Shown in pieces: positions 1-9,200 of a DNA stretch of 64,000 nt; the stretch's first letter is position 1; every line of letters starts with the position of its first letter. The notes below the pieces were generated by a model that worked only from the letters and a program-made list of their open reading frames with translations, was not told the DNA's origin and did not search any database. The DNA is from Acidimicrobiia bacterium (GTDB lineage Bacteria; Actinomycetota; Acidimicrobiia; Spongiisociales; JAHEDJ01). The stretch lies in the NCBI GenBank assembly GCA_029210695.1, contig JARGFH010000007.1, positions 1 through 64,000 of the forward strand. Reading direction: 5' to 3'. The position numbers and the translations under genes are program-made.

Positions 1-112
1 AGTCCGCCAAACCGAGTTTGGCTTTGCCAAACTCGAACCTGTCGAGGCGGAGCTCACACGCTGGCGGGAGTTGCGCAGCAACTCCAATTTGCCGGACGAA
101 GTCCGGCAAACG

Positions 113-195
113 TGCGGGCGAGAGGACTCGAACCTCCACGGGCATTGCCCACCAGGTCCTAAGCCTGGCGCGTCTTCCAGTTCCGCCACGCCCGC
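113..195 (-). tRNA. tRNA-Leu(TAG)
   Basis: Reverse complement GCGGGCGTGGCGGAACTGG...CCAGGC-TTAGGA-CCTGG...GGTTCGAGTCC...CGCCCGCA; long variable arm; anticodon TAG. Confidence 0.95.
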
Positions 196-245
196 TCTGT
201 ACGCGACGATCCCGACACATTGTGACAGGTGCCGGGATCGTATCG

Positions 246-319
246 TGGGTCGCCGGGGACTTGAACCCCGAACCTGCGGATTAAGAGTCCGTTGCTCTGC
301 CGAATTGAGCTAGCGACCC
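246..319 (-). tRNA. tRNA-Lys(CTT)
   Basis: Reverse complement GGGTCGCTAGCTCAATTCGGCAGAGC...ACGGA-CTCTTAA-TCCGC...GGTTCAAGTCC. Confidence 0.95.
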
Positions 320-1059
320 GGCGATAGGATAGCGCCCGATCCTTCTTCGTCGGAAACGGCCAGTTCATCGGCGAGGCCATCAATCCAGCCCATGACTCGG
401 AACCACGCATCTGTGGACCGGCGCACTCGGACCCGTAACACGCCGTGCGCGAGATGGTTCTTGCGGTGTCCGGTTCTAGCGGGTTTGATGAATGTCCTGT
501 GGAACTGGACATCGGGAAGGCCGAGCGCAATCTTCCAGAACTCGCGCGCAAGCGGCTCGTCGTTTCCATGGTGTAGATGAAGATGAAGGACGAATATGGG
601 GTCGGAGTTGAGATGGGTTCTGACCCAGGCGATGAAAAGACGGTGCGCCCGCGGATCGGAATTCGCCAGATCGAGCTGACGCTTCGCTTTGGCTCCTTCT
701 GCCCAGTACATCACGGTTCCCGCCAGCCACAGTTGGTCACCCACCAACGTCGGAACCTCGAGTCGAGCACTCGACCGGACTAGCTCCGTGGCTGCTCTGC
801 GCTTCCTCTGGGTGTCACGTGGTACACCGCGACGCGACGAGGTTCGGCTGGCGATATCCAGGACCTGCTGTTCAGGTAGTCGGATGTCCCGGCACCAATA
901 TGCCAGCGTACCCTTAGGCACCGGGATCAGTTCCATGATCTCGCCGTAGGACCAACCGAGCCGCCGGACGGCCCGGCCCAGTTCGGATCGTTCCCAGCGT
1001 GACAGTCGATCCCATCCGGTGACAGCCTGTCGAAGTTGGGCGGGCAAATTCGGTTTCAT
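310..1059 (-). CDS. HTH plus LAGLIDADG-like domain protein, overlapping the tRNA-Lys 5' end
   Basis: N-terminal HTH (GWSYGEIMELIPVPKGTLAYW); LAGTVMYWAEG...LANSDP resembles a LAGLIDADG helix and following strand. Confidence 0.6.
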   Translation of the reverse strand: MKPNLPAQLRQAVTGWDRLSRWERSELGRAVRRLGWSYGEIMELIPVPKGTLAYWCRDIRLPEQQVLDIASRTSSRRGVPRDTQRKRRAATELVRSSARLEVPTLVGDQLWLAGTVMYWAEGAKAKRQLDLANSDPRAHRLFIAWVRTHLNSDPIFVLHLHLHHGNDEPLAREFWKIALGLPDVQFHRTFIKPARTGHRKNHLAHGVLRVRVRRSTDAWFRVMGWIDGLADELAVSDEEGSGAILSPGR

Positions 1060-1102
1060 CCCTCGAACGTACCTCGTCGGTGTGACAAGTCCGTCCGGTG
1101 CT

Positions 1103-1807
1103 TCATCCCCCTGCCAGCGCGCGCTCGAGTGTGCGAACGCGCGCTTCGAGCTTGCTGATCGAAATCGCGGCTCCAGAGTCGTCTCCGTATCTCAGCATCC
1201 GCCAACCCGTCTGGAACTCCTGCAGGAAGACGGCGAGGCGACCCAGAACGAGAACGATCAGTGCAAGAACGATCATGATTAGCACCGCACGTACCCAGCG
1301 GAAGGTCGTATCCCATATCCCCGCTCCGTACGTCTTCGTATCAGCTGCCACCGCTCGGATCTCCTGAGGAACTTCACCGAGTGCCGCCACTGCCGCCAGT
1401 TCTTCCCCAACTGCGCGCCCGGCCTCGGCCAGATCAGCTCCCAGCGCTTTCAACTGCGTCACTCCGGGGGCCTTGAAGTCCAGGTCGGGGAGGTCGAAGT
1501 TGATTACCGGGATCTCGGGAAGCGAGATCTCTATGCGATCGGTGAGGGATCGAAGGGCCTCGGCCTGAGCGGCCACGGCATCCCTCGACTTACCCACAAA
1601 CGTACTGATGGTCTCGAGTCCCTGTGATGCAGCGCTCAGGTCGATCTGGATAGCATCGACCCGCGCCGCCATCGCTTCGCCGTACGCATCGGATGCCTCC
1701 CTGATATCGCGAACCGCCAGGCTGGTGATCAGCAAGAGGGCGAGAGCCAGCAAGAGAGGCGAGAGGAGCCGGGTGAGTATCAGCGCGCCGCGGATTCTGG
1801 TCAGCAT
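1103..1807 (-). CDS. Hypothetical membrane protein with two TM segments flanking a coiled-coil region
   Basis: ATG at 1807 after a GAAGGGA RBS; hydrophobic stretches near both ends. Confidence 0.65.
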   Translation of the reverse strand: MLTRIRGALILTRLLSPLLLALALLLITSLAVRDIREASDAYGEAMAARVDAIQIDLSAASQGLETISTFVGKSRDAVAAQAEALRSLTDRIEISLPEIPVINFDLPDLDFKAPGVTQLKALGADLAEAGRAVGEELAAVAALGEVPQEIRAVAADTKTYGAGIWDTTFRWVRAVLIMIVLALIVLVLGRLAVFLQEFQTGWRMLRYGDDSGAAISISKLEARVRTLERALAGG

Positions 1808-1967
1808 CTTCGGGGTCCCTTCGGTGTCGTGAGGAGGAACGTAGTAGGTGCAGGGTCGGATGCAGGCCTTTACTCGCGGGCACCCGCGCTCCGCTCCGTT
1901 GGAACGCGATGTGTCTAAGTGCTCCCGCACCTAGTACCTTGTACGGCAAGCCGCGGGGCTTTCATCA

Positions 1968-2041
1968 CGGGCTGTGGCGCAGCTTGGTAGCGCACCTGCT
2001 TTGGGAGCAGGGGGTCGCCGGTTCGAATCCGGCCAGCCCGA
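1968..2041 (+). tRNA. tRNA-Pro(TGG)
   Basis: CGGGCTGTGGCGCAGCTTGGTAGCGC...CCTGC-TTTGGGA-GCAGG...GGTTCGAATCC. Confidence 0.95.
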
Positions 2042-2168
2042 CGCATGATTGAACCGGAGGTTCAATCAAATTGGAGTATCGCCTCCGGCGAAGCTCCAAT
2101 CTGCCGACTTGTCGGCGGGCCGTGACTCGTGACTCGTCACTCTTGTTATCCTTGCGGGCGCAAAACAC

Positions 2169-2239
2169 GCGGGTGTAGCTCAATGGCAGAGCTCCAGCCT
2201 TCCAAGCTGGCTATGAGGGTTCGATCCCCTTCACCCGCT
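2169..2239 (+). tRNA. tRNA-Gly(TCC)
   Basis: GCGGGTGTAGCTCAATGG...CCAGC-CTTCCAA-GCTGG...GGTTCGATCCC. Confidence 0.95.
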
Positions 2240-2289
2240 CGGCGAAGACATCGCTTCGGCGATTTCCTCGCGGTGCGTTTGCGACCTGT

Positions 2290-2362
2290 GCCCCTGTAGC
2301 TCAGTGGACAGAGCAGGAGCCTTCTAAGCTCTTGGTCGGGGGTTCGAATCCCTCCGGGGGCG
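2290..2362 (+). tRNA. tRNA-Arg(TCT)
   Basis: GCCCCTGTAGCTCAGTGGACAGAGC...GAGC-CTTCTAA-GCTC...GGTTCGAATCC. Confidence 0.95.
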
Positions 2363-2374
2363 CTTTCGCCACAT

Positions 2375-2454
2375 GGTGGCCGTAGCTCAGCTTGGTTAGA
2401 GCACCTGGTTGTGGTCCAGGATGTCGCGGGTTCGAATCCCGTCGGTCACCCCCA
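2375..2454 (+). tRNA. tRNA-His(GTG)
   Basis: G(-1)GTGGCCGTAGCTCAG...CCTGG-TTGTGGT-CCAGG...GGTTCGAATCCC; encoded CCA. Confidence 0.95.
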
Positions 2455-2497
2455 CGTCGGGCGCCGCGCGCGCCCGTTTGTCAGCTGAGGAGCAGCA

Positions 2498-3883
2498 TTG
2501 AACACCACCATGACCGACGAGGGGCCCTTCGAGAAGCTGGTCACTCTGCAAATCCCTGAGACCGAAATCGACAAGGCGAAGTCGGGGGCTGCTCGCAAGC
2601 TCGCCCGCGAACTCAAGATCCCCGGGTTCCGCCCGGGCAAGGCTCCACGACCCGTTGTGGAGGCGACTGTCGGCGCCGATCGCCTTCGTTCTGAGGCGAT
2701 CGAGGAACTGCTCCCGACCGCCGTCACCGAAGCCCTCAGCGAACTCGCATTGCAACCCGCCGTCACTCCGTCGGTCGAAACCATGCGGGACATCGAGGAA
2801 GGGCTCGAGGTCGATGTAAGAGTCACCATGTGGCCGACCCTCGAGGCTGTTCCCCACTACGACGGCAGAAACGTTGAGGTCGCCACTCCAGACGTCACCG
2901 AGGAGGAAATCACTGAGAACGTCGATCGGATGCGCGAGCAGTTCGCCGAACTCGAGTCCGTCGAGCGGGCGGCTGTCACCGGTGATTACGTGAGCATCAA
3001 CCTCTCCGCCACCGACGGAGATCAATCCGTCGAAGAGGCTGCCGCCGAAGATCTGCTCTACGAGGTCGGCTCGGGATCGTTCATTGATGGAATCGACTCT
3101 GAACTCGAAGGCGCTTCGGCCGGGGAAATCGTGAGCTTCAGCGCACCGCTTCCTGACGGGTTCGGTGACCGGGCGGGCCGCACCGTGAACTTCAAGGCGC
3201 TGGTCAAAGAGGTCAAGCAGAAACGGCTGCCCGAATTGACCGACGAGTGGGTCGACGATGTCACAGAATACGAGACGGTTGAGCAACTCACCGAGTCGCT
3301 GCGAGCGCGCATCCAACAGATGAAGATGAACGCGGCACGCAACGAGTTTCGGGTCAAGCTGCTCGACCTCCTGCTCGACGAGGCGGAGATCGAGATTCCG
3401 GCCGCCATCATCGACGGCGAGATGGAGTCGATCTTCCACTCGTTCTCCCACCGGCTCGAGTCGCAGAAGATCTCGATCGCCGACTATCTCCAGATCACCG
3501 GGCAAGACCAGCAAGCATTCATCGACGACCTGAGGAGTCAGGCCGATCGAAACGTCCGCACCAATGTCCTACTCGACGCGGTCATTCCGGCGGCCAACCT
3601 CGGCCTCGAAGAGGGCGAGTACAGAGATCTGGTCGGGGCGCTTGGATCGCAGACGAACACAGATGTGGACGAGCTCGTTGCCCGACTGGCGGAAACGAAC
3701 CAGGAGAAAGAGCTACGCAGTGATATCCTGAGGCGCAAGGCGCTGGACGCGCTGTTGGAAGCTGCCGTAGCCGTTGATAGTCAAGGCCAACCCGTCGACC
3801 TGTCGCCGGTCGAAGAACCGATCGAGGATTCCGGTGATGAGGCTTCGGACGAAGAGCCCTTGGAGGATGCAGATGACGTTTGA
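2498..3883 (+). CDS. tig: Trigger factor
   Basis: [10 protein letters not shown] ribosome-binding motif, FKBP-like middle domain, upstream of clpPX. Confidence 0.95.
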   Translation: MNTTMTDEGPFEKLVTLQIPETEIDKAKSGAARKLARELKIPGFRPGKAPRPVVEATVGADRLRSEAIEELLPTAVTEALSELALQPAVTPSVETMRDIEEGLEVDVRVTMWPTLEAVPHYDGRNVEVATPDVTEEEITENVDRMREQFAELESVERAAVTGDYVSINLSATDGDQSVEEAAAEDLLYEVGSGSFIDGIDSELEGASAGEIVSFSAPLPDGFGDRAGRTVNFKALVKEVKQKRLPELTDEWVDDVTEYETVEQLTESLRARIQQMKMNAARNEFRVKLLDLLLDEAEIEIPAAIIDGEMESIFHSFSHRLESQKISIADYLQITGQDQQAFIDDLRSQADRNVRTNVLLDAVIPAANLGLEEGEYRDLVGALGSQTNTDVDELVARLAETNQEKELRSDILRRKALDALLEAAVAVDSQGQPVDLSPVEEPIEDSGDEASDEEPLEDADDV

Positions 3884-4493
3884 GAACTACATGGTGCCGA
3901 CCGTGGTCGAGCAGACCAGCCGCGGGCAGGTTGGCTACGACATCTACAGCCGCCTCTTGAAGGATCGGATCATCTTCCTCGGGACGCCGATCGACGACAC
4001 CATCGCCAACCTCATCATGGCGCAGCTTCTCCACCTCGAATCAGAAGATCCCGACAAAGACATCTTCCTTTACATCAACTCGCCAGGCGGTTCGATAACG
4101 TCGCTGTTCGCGATCTACGACACCATGCAGTACATCAAACCGGATGTCAGCACGGTGTGCATGGGAATGGCCGCCTCTGCGTCGGCGGTGATTCTGGCCG
4201 GGGGAGCCAAAGGCAAACGATTCGGACTGCCGCACAGCCGGATCATGCTCCACCAACCGCACGGCGGGGCGCAGGGGCAGGCGTCCGACATCGAGATCCA
4301 AGCCAAGTTGATCATCCATATGCGTGAGCAACTCAATGAGATTCTCGCCGAGCACAGTGGACAGGACGTCGAGAAGGTCGCCACGGATACGGAGCGTGAT
4401 TTCTGGATGCTGGCCGAACAAGCCGTCGACTACGGCATCATCGATGCGATTTTGACGAGGCGAGAACTGGCCGCGGTGAAGGAAGAAGGCTGA
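3873..4493 (+). CDS. clpP: ATP-dependent Clp protease proteolytic subunit
   Basis: [37 protein letters not shown] before ATG 3873. Confidence 0.97.
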   Translation: MTFENYMVPTVVEQTSRGQVGYDIYSRLLKDRIIFLGTPIDDTIANLIMAQLLHLESEDPDKDIFLYINSPGGSITSLFAIYDTMQYIKPDVSTVCMGMAASASAVILAGGAKGKRFGLPHSRIMLHQPHGGAQGQASDIEIQAKLIIHMREQLNEILAEHSGQDVEKVATDTERDFWMLAEQAVDYGIIDAILTRRELAAVKEEG

Positions 4494-4499
4494 TCGAGG

Positions 4500-5765
4500 A
4501 TGGCGAAGTTCAGTGAGGGTGGCGAACTCCTGAAGTGCAGTTTCTGCGGCAAGTCGCAGAAACAGGTTCGCAAGTTGATTGCCGGACCCGGCGTCTACAT
4601 CTGCGATGAGTGCATCGATCTCTGCAATGAGATCATCGAAGAGGAGTTCGCCGGCACCGAGGAACTGGACTTCACCGAACTGCCCAAACCGCAAGAAATC
4701 CTGACCTTCCTCGACGACTACGTCGTAGGTCAGGAACGGGCCAAGAGAGTCCTTTCGGTTGCCGTGTACAACCATTACAAGCGGGTGCGGGCCGGACTCC
4801 AACTTCGTGAAGACGTGGAACTACAGAAGTCGAACATCCTCCTCATTGGACCAACAGGATGTGGCAAGACGCTGCTCGCCCAGACGCTCGCCCGCATGCT
4901 CAACGTCCCCTTTGCGATCGCCGATGCGACTGCATTGACTGAAGCAGGGTATGTCGGCGAAGACGTCGAAAACATTCTGCTCAAGCTCATTCAGGCAGCC
5001 GACTACGACGTCAAGAAGGCGGAGACCGGAATCATCTATCTTGATGAGGTCGACAAGGTTGCCCGCAAAGCTGAGAACCCTTCAATAACACGAGACGTAT
5101 CTGGTGAGGGTGTGCAGCAGGCGCTGCTGAAGATCCTCGAGGGAACCGTGGCGGCCGTTCCGCCGCAGGGAGGGCGGAAGCACCCCCACCAGGAGTTCAT
5201 TCAGATCGACACGACAAACATACTATTCCTGTGCGGCGGCGCCTTCGCCGGACTCGAGGACATCATCGGAAACCGCGTCGGCAAACGTGCCATCGGATTC
5301 GGTGCCGACATACGGACGCGTGAAGAGGCCAACGGTTCTGAGCTGCTGGCGAAGGTTCTCCCGGAAGACCTCATGAAGTTCGGTTTGATTCCCGAGTTCA
5401 TCGGCCGCCTCCCAGTCGTGGCGACCGTCGACGAACTCGATCGAACGGCCTTGATCGAGATCCTCGAAGAGCCCAAGAACGCACTCACCAAGCAATATGC
5501 AAGGTTCTTCGAACTCGACGGTGTTGAACTGGAGTTCACGTCCGGGGCGCTCGAAGCGATCGCCGATCAGGCTTTGGGTCGGGGAACTGGGGCTCGCGGT
5601 TTGCGGGCGATTCTCGAAGAGGTCCTGCTCAATACCATGTTCGAGCTTCCCTCCAGGTCCGACATCGGCCGGGTCGTCATTGACGAGGGAGTCGTACGCG
5701 AACGAGTCAACCCGACACTTGTGCCGCTGGCTGAACTCGATGAACCGCAGGAGCGTTCGGCATAG
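4500..5765 (+). CDS. clpX: ATP-dependent Clp protease ATP-binding subunit ClpX
   Basis: CSFCGK zinc finger, GPTGCGKT Walker [18 protein letters not shown] loop. Confidence 0.98.
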   Translation: MAKFSEGGELLKCSFCGKSQKQVRKLIAGPGVYICDECIDLCNEIIEEEFAGTEELDFTELPKPQEILTFLDDYVVGQERAKRVLSVAVYNHYKRVRAGLQLREDVELQKSNILLIGPTGCGKTLLAQTLARMLNVPFAIADATALTEAGYVGEDVENILLKLIQAADYDVKKAETGIIYLDEVDKVARKAENPSITRDVSGEGVQQALLKILEGTVAAVPPQGGRKHPHQEFIQIDTTNILFLCGGAFAGLEDIIGNRVGKRAIGFGADIRTREEANGSELLAKVLPEDLMKFGLIPEFIGRLPVVATVDELDRTALIEILEEPKNALTKQYARFFELDGVELEFTSGALEAIADQALGRGTGARGLRAILEEVLLNTMFELPSRSDIGRVVIDEGVVRERVNPTLVPLAELDEPQERSA

Positions 5766-6079
5766 CCGGCACAACGAAACCATGGCGGACGTAGGTCCAA
5801 AGGCCTATAGCCACGCCCCCCTTGATCTGGTTGAATGCAACCATGGAGAGTGAGGAAGGCGGGTGAGCTGGTCGCTGTTTTCAGCTGGTCTCAACGTCGG
5901 CCTGAACAGGGCACGCAGATGAGCATCTGTGGCTATCATGAGCGGCCGGCACGGCGAATAAGACTTTCCGGGGGCACGCAGCGTGGTGTCCTGAGGGGCT
6001 TGGGAAGCATCGACTCTAGATCCCAAGGCGTATACCTTGGATTTGGTTGAGAGAGCTAGTGATAGGCTTGCCACAGAAA

Positions 6080-6094
6080 GTCACATATTGTGAC
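6080..6094. promoter_or_regulatory. Palindromic operator GTCAC-N5-GTGAC (BldD-box-like)
   Basis: GTCAC-ATATT-GTGAC; same motif and GAAA flank recur at 10482. Confidence 0.45.
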
Positions 6095-6105
6095 AGGGGC
6101 GCAAT

Positions 6106-6180
6106 TTGGGAGGCATCGAACTTCAATCCGAAACTCGGTCACCTATGGATTGAAGCGAGCTAGTGGTGAGACCGGCCCCG
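6106..6180 (+). promoter_or_regulatory. c-di-GMP-II riboswitch aptamer 1
   Basis: GGGAGGCATCGAA-[CTTCAATCC..GGATTGAAG stem, CGGTCACC in loop]-CGAGCTAGTGGTGAGACCGGCC matches the c-di-GMP-II layout including the pseudoknot. Confidence 0.88.
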
Positions 6181-6211
6181 CCCCGTCACGAAAGTGAGGG
6201 GAGGCGGAGAA

Positions 6212-9200
6212 ATGAATAAGGGTCCGATTTCGAGGGCAGCCGGCATCGCCGTGCTTGCATTTCTGTTGGTTATTGGTTCGTTCCTGGTCGTCATGCCGGA
6301 GAGTGCCGACGCGGCGCTCGGCGGTCTCACAGGTTTTGAGATCGATGGCGATGTCGTTGCGTCCGGGGGTGTTGATTGGCAATCGTTGCCGAATTCTGCT
6401 GGGGTATTCGATCCTGGTGAAGTCTTGGTCATCAACGATCAGAACTTCACCGGTGCCCAGCTCGTCACGGATCCCTCCACTGCGGCCAACACGTATTGCA
6501 TCGGTGGTGACGACCTCATCGTGAAGAACGGCACCAAACTGACCGATTTCCCATTTGTGGCGGTAGACGGAAGTCCTGCTCCCGGAAAGAACGACATCTG
6601 TCAGACCTACGTTGCTTATGACGTGGTCCCGAACGCAGGTGTCAATGAAATCGTGCTTTACGTCGGCGTGATTCGGCGCGAAACAAATGGCACGACGGCC
6701 GTCGCCGTCGAACTCAACCGGATCGATCAAGCGCACCGCCAGTCGGGCGACCTCGTGATCTCGTTCGAGTTTGATGGAAACGGTCCTGTTGCGGTTGTGA
6801 ATATCCGAGAGTGGAACGGCTCAGGGTTTGACCTTACGGCCGTCGGAGGAACGAGCGCTGCTGAGGGCTACTCGACAGACCACTTCGGTGAGATTGCCGT
6901 CAACCTCACGGCTACCGGTATTCTGCCGCCCCCCGAAAACCCGGAGGATTGCTCGACGCTCGGCACGGTGCTTCCGTTTGGCTGGGCAGGTAACTCCGAT
7001 ACCTCGAATATTGGCGACTGGGGTGGTAGCGCCCCTCTCGGTCTCGACCTCTGCGGCAAACTGATCATTGAGAAGCAGACAAATCCGACAGGATCGACCG
7101 AAACGTTCGGATACTCGCTCTCGACGAGTGCTCCTTTCTCCCCGCTGACCGGTTCGCTCATCGGTGATGGTGATTCCTTCGAGTGGTTGCTCCCCGACGG
7201 CAATTACACCCTCGTGGAGGCCGACCCATTCGGCCTTGGGTGGGCATTCGATAACTATTCGTGTAACAACGGGGCATCAAGCGAAGATCGGGCGGCCGGC
7301 GTGACCGTTCCGGTGTCGCTGGGCACGACGATCACCTGCACCATCGAAAACGTCCAGCCGGCCATCTCGGTAACGAAGACGGCCGATCCCACGAGCGTGC
7401 CCGAAACAGGCGGCGACGTCACCTTCACGTTCCGGGTCGACAATACGGGTCCCGAAGCTGTATCCCTCACCGATCTCGTCGATTCGGTGTTCGGCGACCT
7501 GGACGGCCAGGGGAGTTGCGTTCTTCCGCAGGACCTCTCCATTGGCGGTTTCTATGAGTGCTCTCTGACTGTCTTCCTGGACTCTGACGACCTCGTCGAT
7601 CACTTCGACGAGGTCACGGCCACGGCTTTTGATGCAGCAGGTTTGACGGCAACGGCCACCGATGACGCAACCGTCACGTTCAACGATCTGTTGCCGACGG
7701 TTGGGTTGACGAAGTCGGCTGTGCCGTCGTCGTTGCCAGAACCTGGTGGTGATTTCGTCTTCACGTTGACGATTACGAATACGTCGGTGGAGCCGGTGAC
7801 GATCACTGATTTGTCGGATTCTCAATCTGGTGCGACGGACTTCTCGGCGTGTTCTGCGCTGGTGGGTTCTGTGCTGGCTGTGGACGCGACGGTTGAGTGT
7901 GAGTACACGGTTGCTCACAGCGAGGCTGGTTCTTATGACAACACGGCGTCGGTGACGGTCGAGGACAATGACGGCAACTCGGCGTCGGATGAGGCCGCTG
8001 AGACGGTCACGGTTGTCGATGTGTTGCCGACGGTGGAGTTGGCGAAGTCGGCTGTGCCGTCGTCGTTGCCAGAACCTGGTGGTGATTTCGTCTTCACGTT
8101 GACGATTACGAATACGTCGGTGGAGCCGGTGACGATCACTGATTTGTCGGATTCTCAGTCTGGTGCGACGGACTTCTCGGCGTGTTCTGCGCTGGTGGGT
8201 TCTGTGCTGGCTGTGGACGCGACGGTTGAGTGTGAGTACACGGTTGCTCACAGCGAGGCTGGTTCTTATGACAACACGGCGTCGGTGACGGTCGAGGACA
8301 ATGACGGCAACTCGGCGTCGGATGAGGCCGCTGAGACGGTCACGGTTGTCGATGTCCGGCCGTCTGTTGACTTGGTGAAGGATGCGTCGCCTGGTTCGTT
8401 GCCCGAACCGGGTGGTGACTTCACGTTCACGCTCACGATTTACAACACCACGGTTGAGCCGGTGCAGGTGACGGCGTTGTCTGATGATTACACGTTGCCG
8501 GCCGGTTGCACGGGCCTGGTTGGCCAGTGGATTCCGGTGGGCGGGAATCTGTCTTGTTCCTATACGGTGACACATACCGATGCTGGTTCGTATGACAACA
8601 CGGCGTCGGTAACGGTCGAGGACAATGAAGGCAACCCGGCGTCGGATACCGACGATGAGACCGTGACGGTCACGGATACGCCGATTGCGATCAGCATCCA
8701 GAAGACGGCCGATCCCCTGTTCCTCAACGAACCGGGCGGCACCTTCACCTACACCTTGACCATCACCAACCCGTCGCAGGAAGCGGTGGAGATCAAGGCT
8801 CTGACGGATTCCAATGCACTGTCGGCCGATTGTCTGAATCTGATCGGAGAGACACTCAACCCGGCGGGCGATGAAGGTGACAGCGTCTCATGCACGTACA
8901 CCGTCGACCACACGACACCCGGCGTATATGACAACGTCGCCACAGTGGTCGTCATGGACAATGAGGAGAACGAGGCAACCGACGATGACGATGCATCGGT
9001 CTCCGTGCTCGATGTGCCTTCGTCGATCCTCGTTACCAAGACACCCGGCGTCACTCAGATCGCAGAACCGGGCGGAACGGTGACGTTCACCGTCGTCGTT
9101 GAAAACACCAGCGAGACCGACATGCTGATCGTGGCATCGCTCGTCGACGATGTCTACGGTGACCTGAACGGTCAGGGTAACTGCACGGTTCCGCAGAAGC

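Noticed and set aside
1060..1080. LexA/SOS box upstream of the LAGLIDADG-like gene
   Set aside because: Only one half-site (TCGAAC) matches TCGAAC-N4-GTTCGA.
5766..6075. Small ORFs between clpX and adhesin 1
   Set aside because: No recognisable motif or convincing coding pattern; probably promoter region.
6106..6180. Alternative identity as a c-di-AMP (ydaO) or c-di-GMP-I riboswitch
   Set aside because: Lacks their consensus elements; the GA/GAG kink-turn-like junction and the GGTCACC/GGTGAGACC pseudoknot fit class II.
7691..8356. Possible DGR template/variable repeat pair or CRISPR-like repeat
   Set aside because: The copies are in-frame protein domain repeats with very few differences and no spacers. 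I saw no CRISPR array anywhere in the window.
7277..8575. 432-aa Arg/His-rich antisense ORF with repeats, and similar long antisense ORFs (2396-3514, 12206-13705, 37030-38232)
   Set aside because: These are shadow frames of real high-GC genes on the opposite strand.
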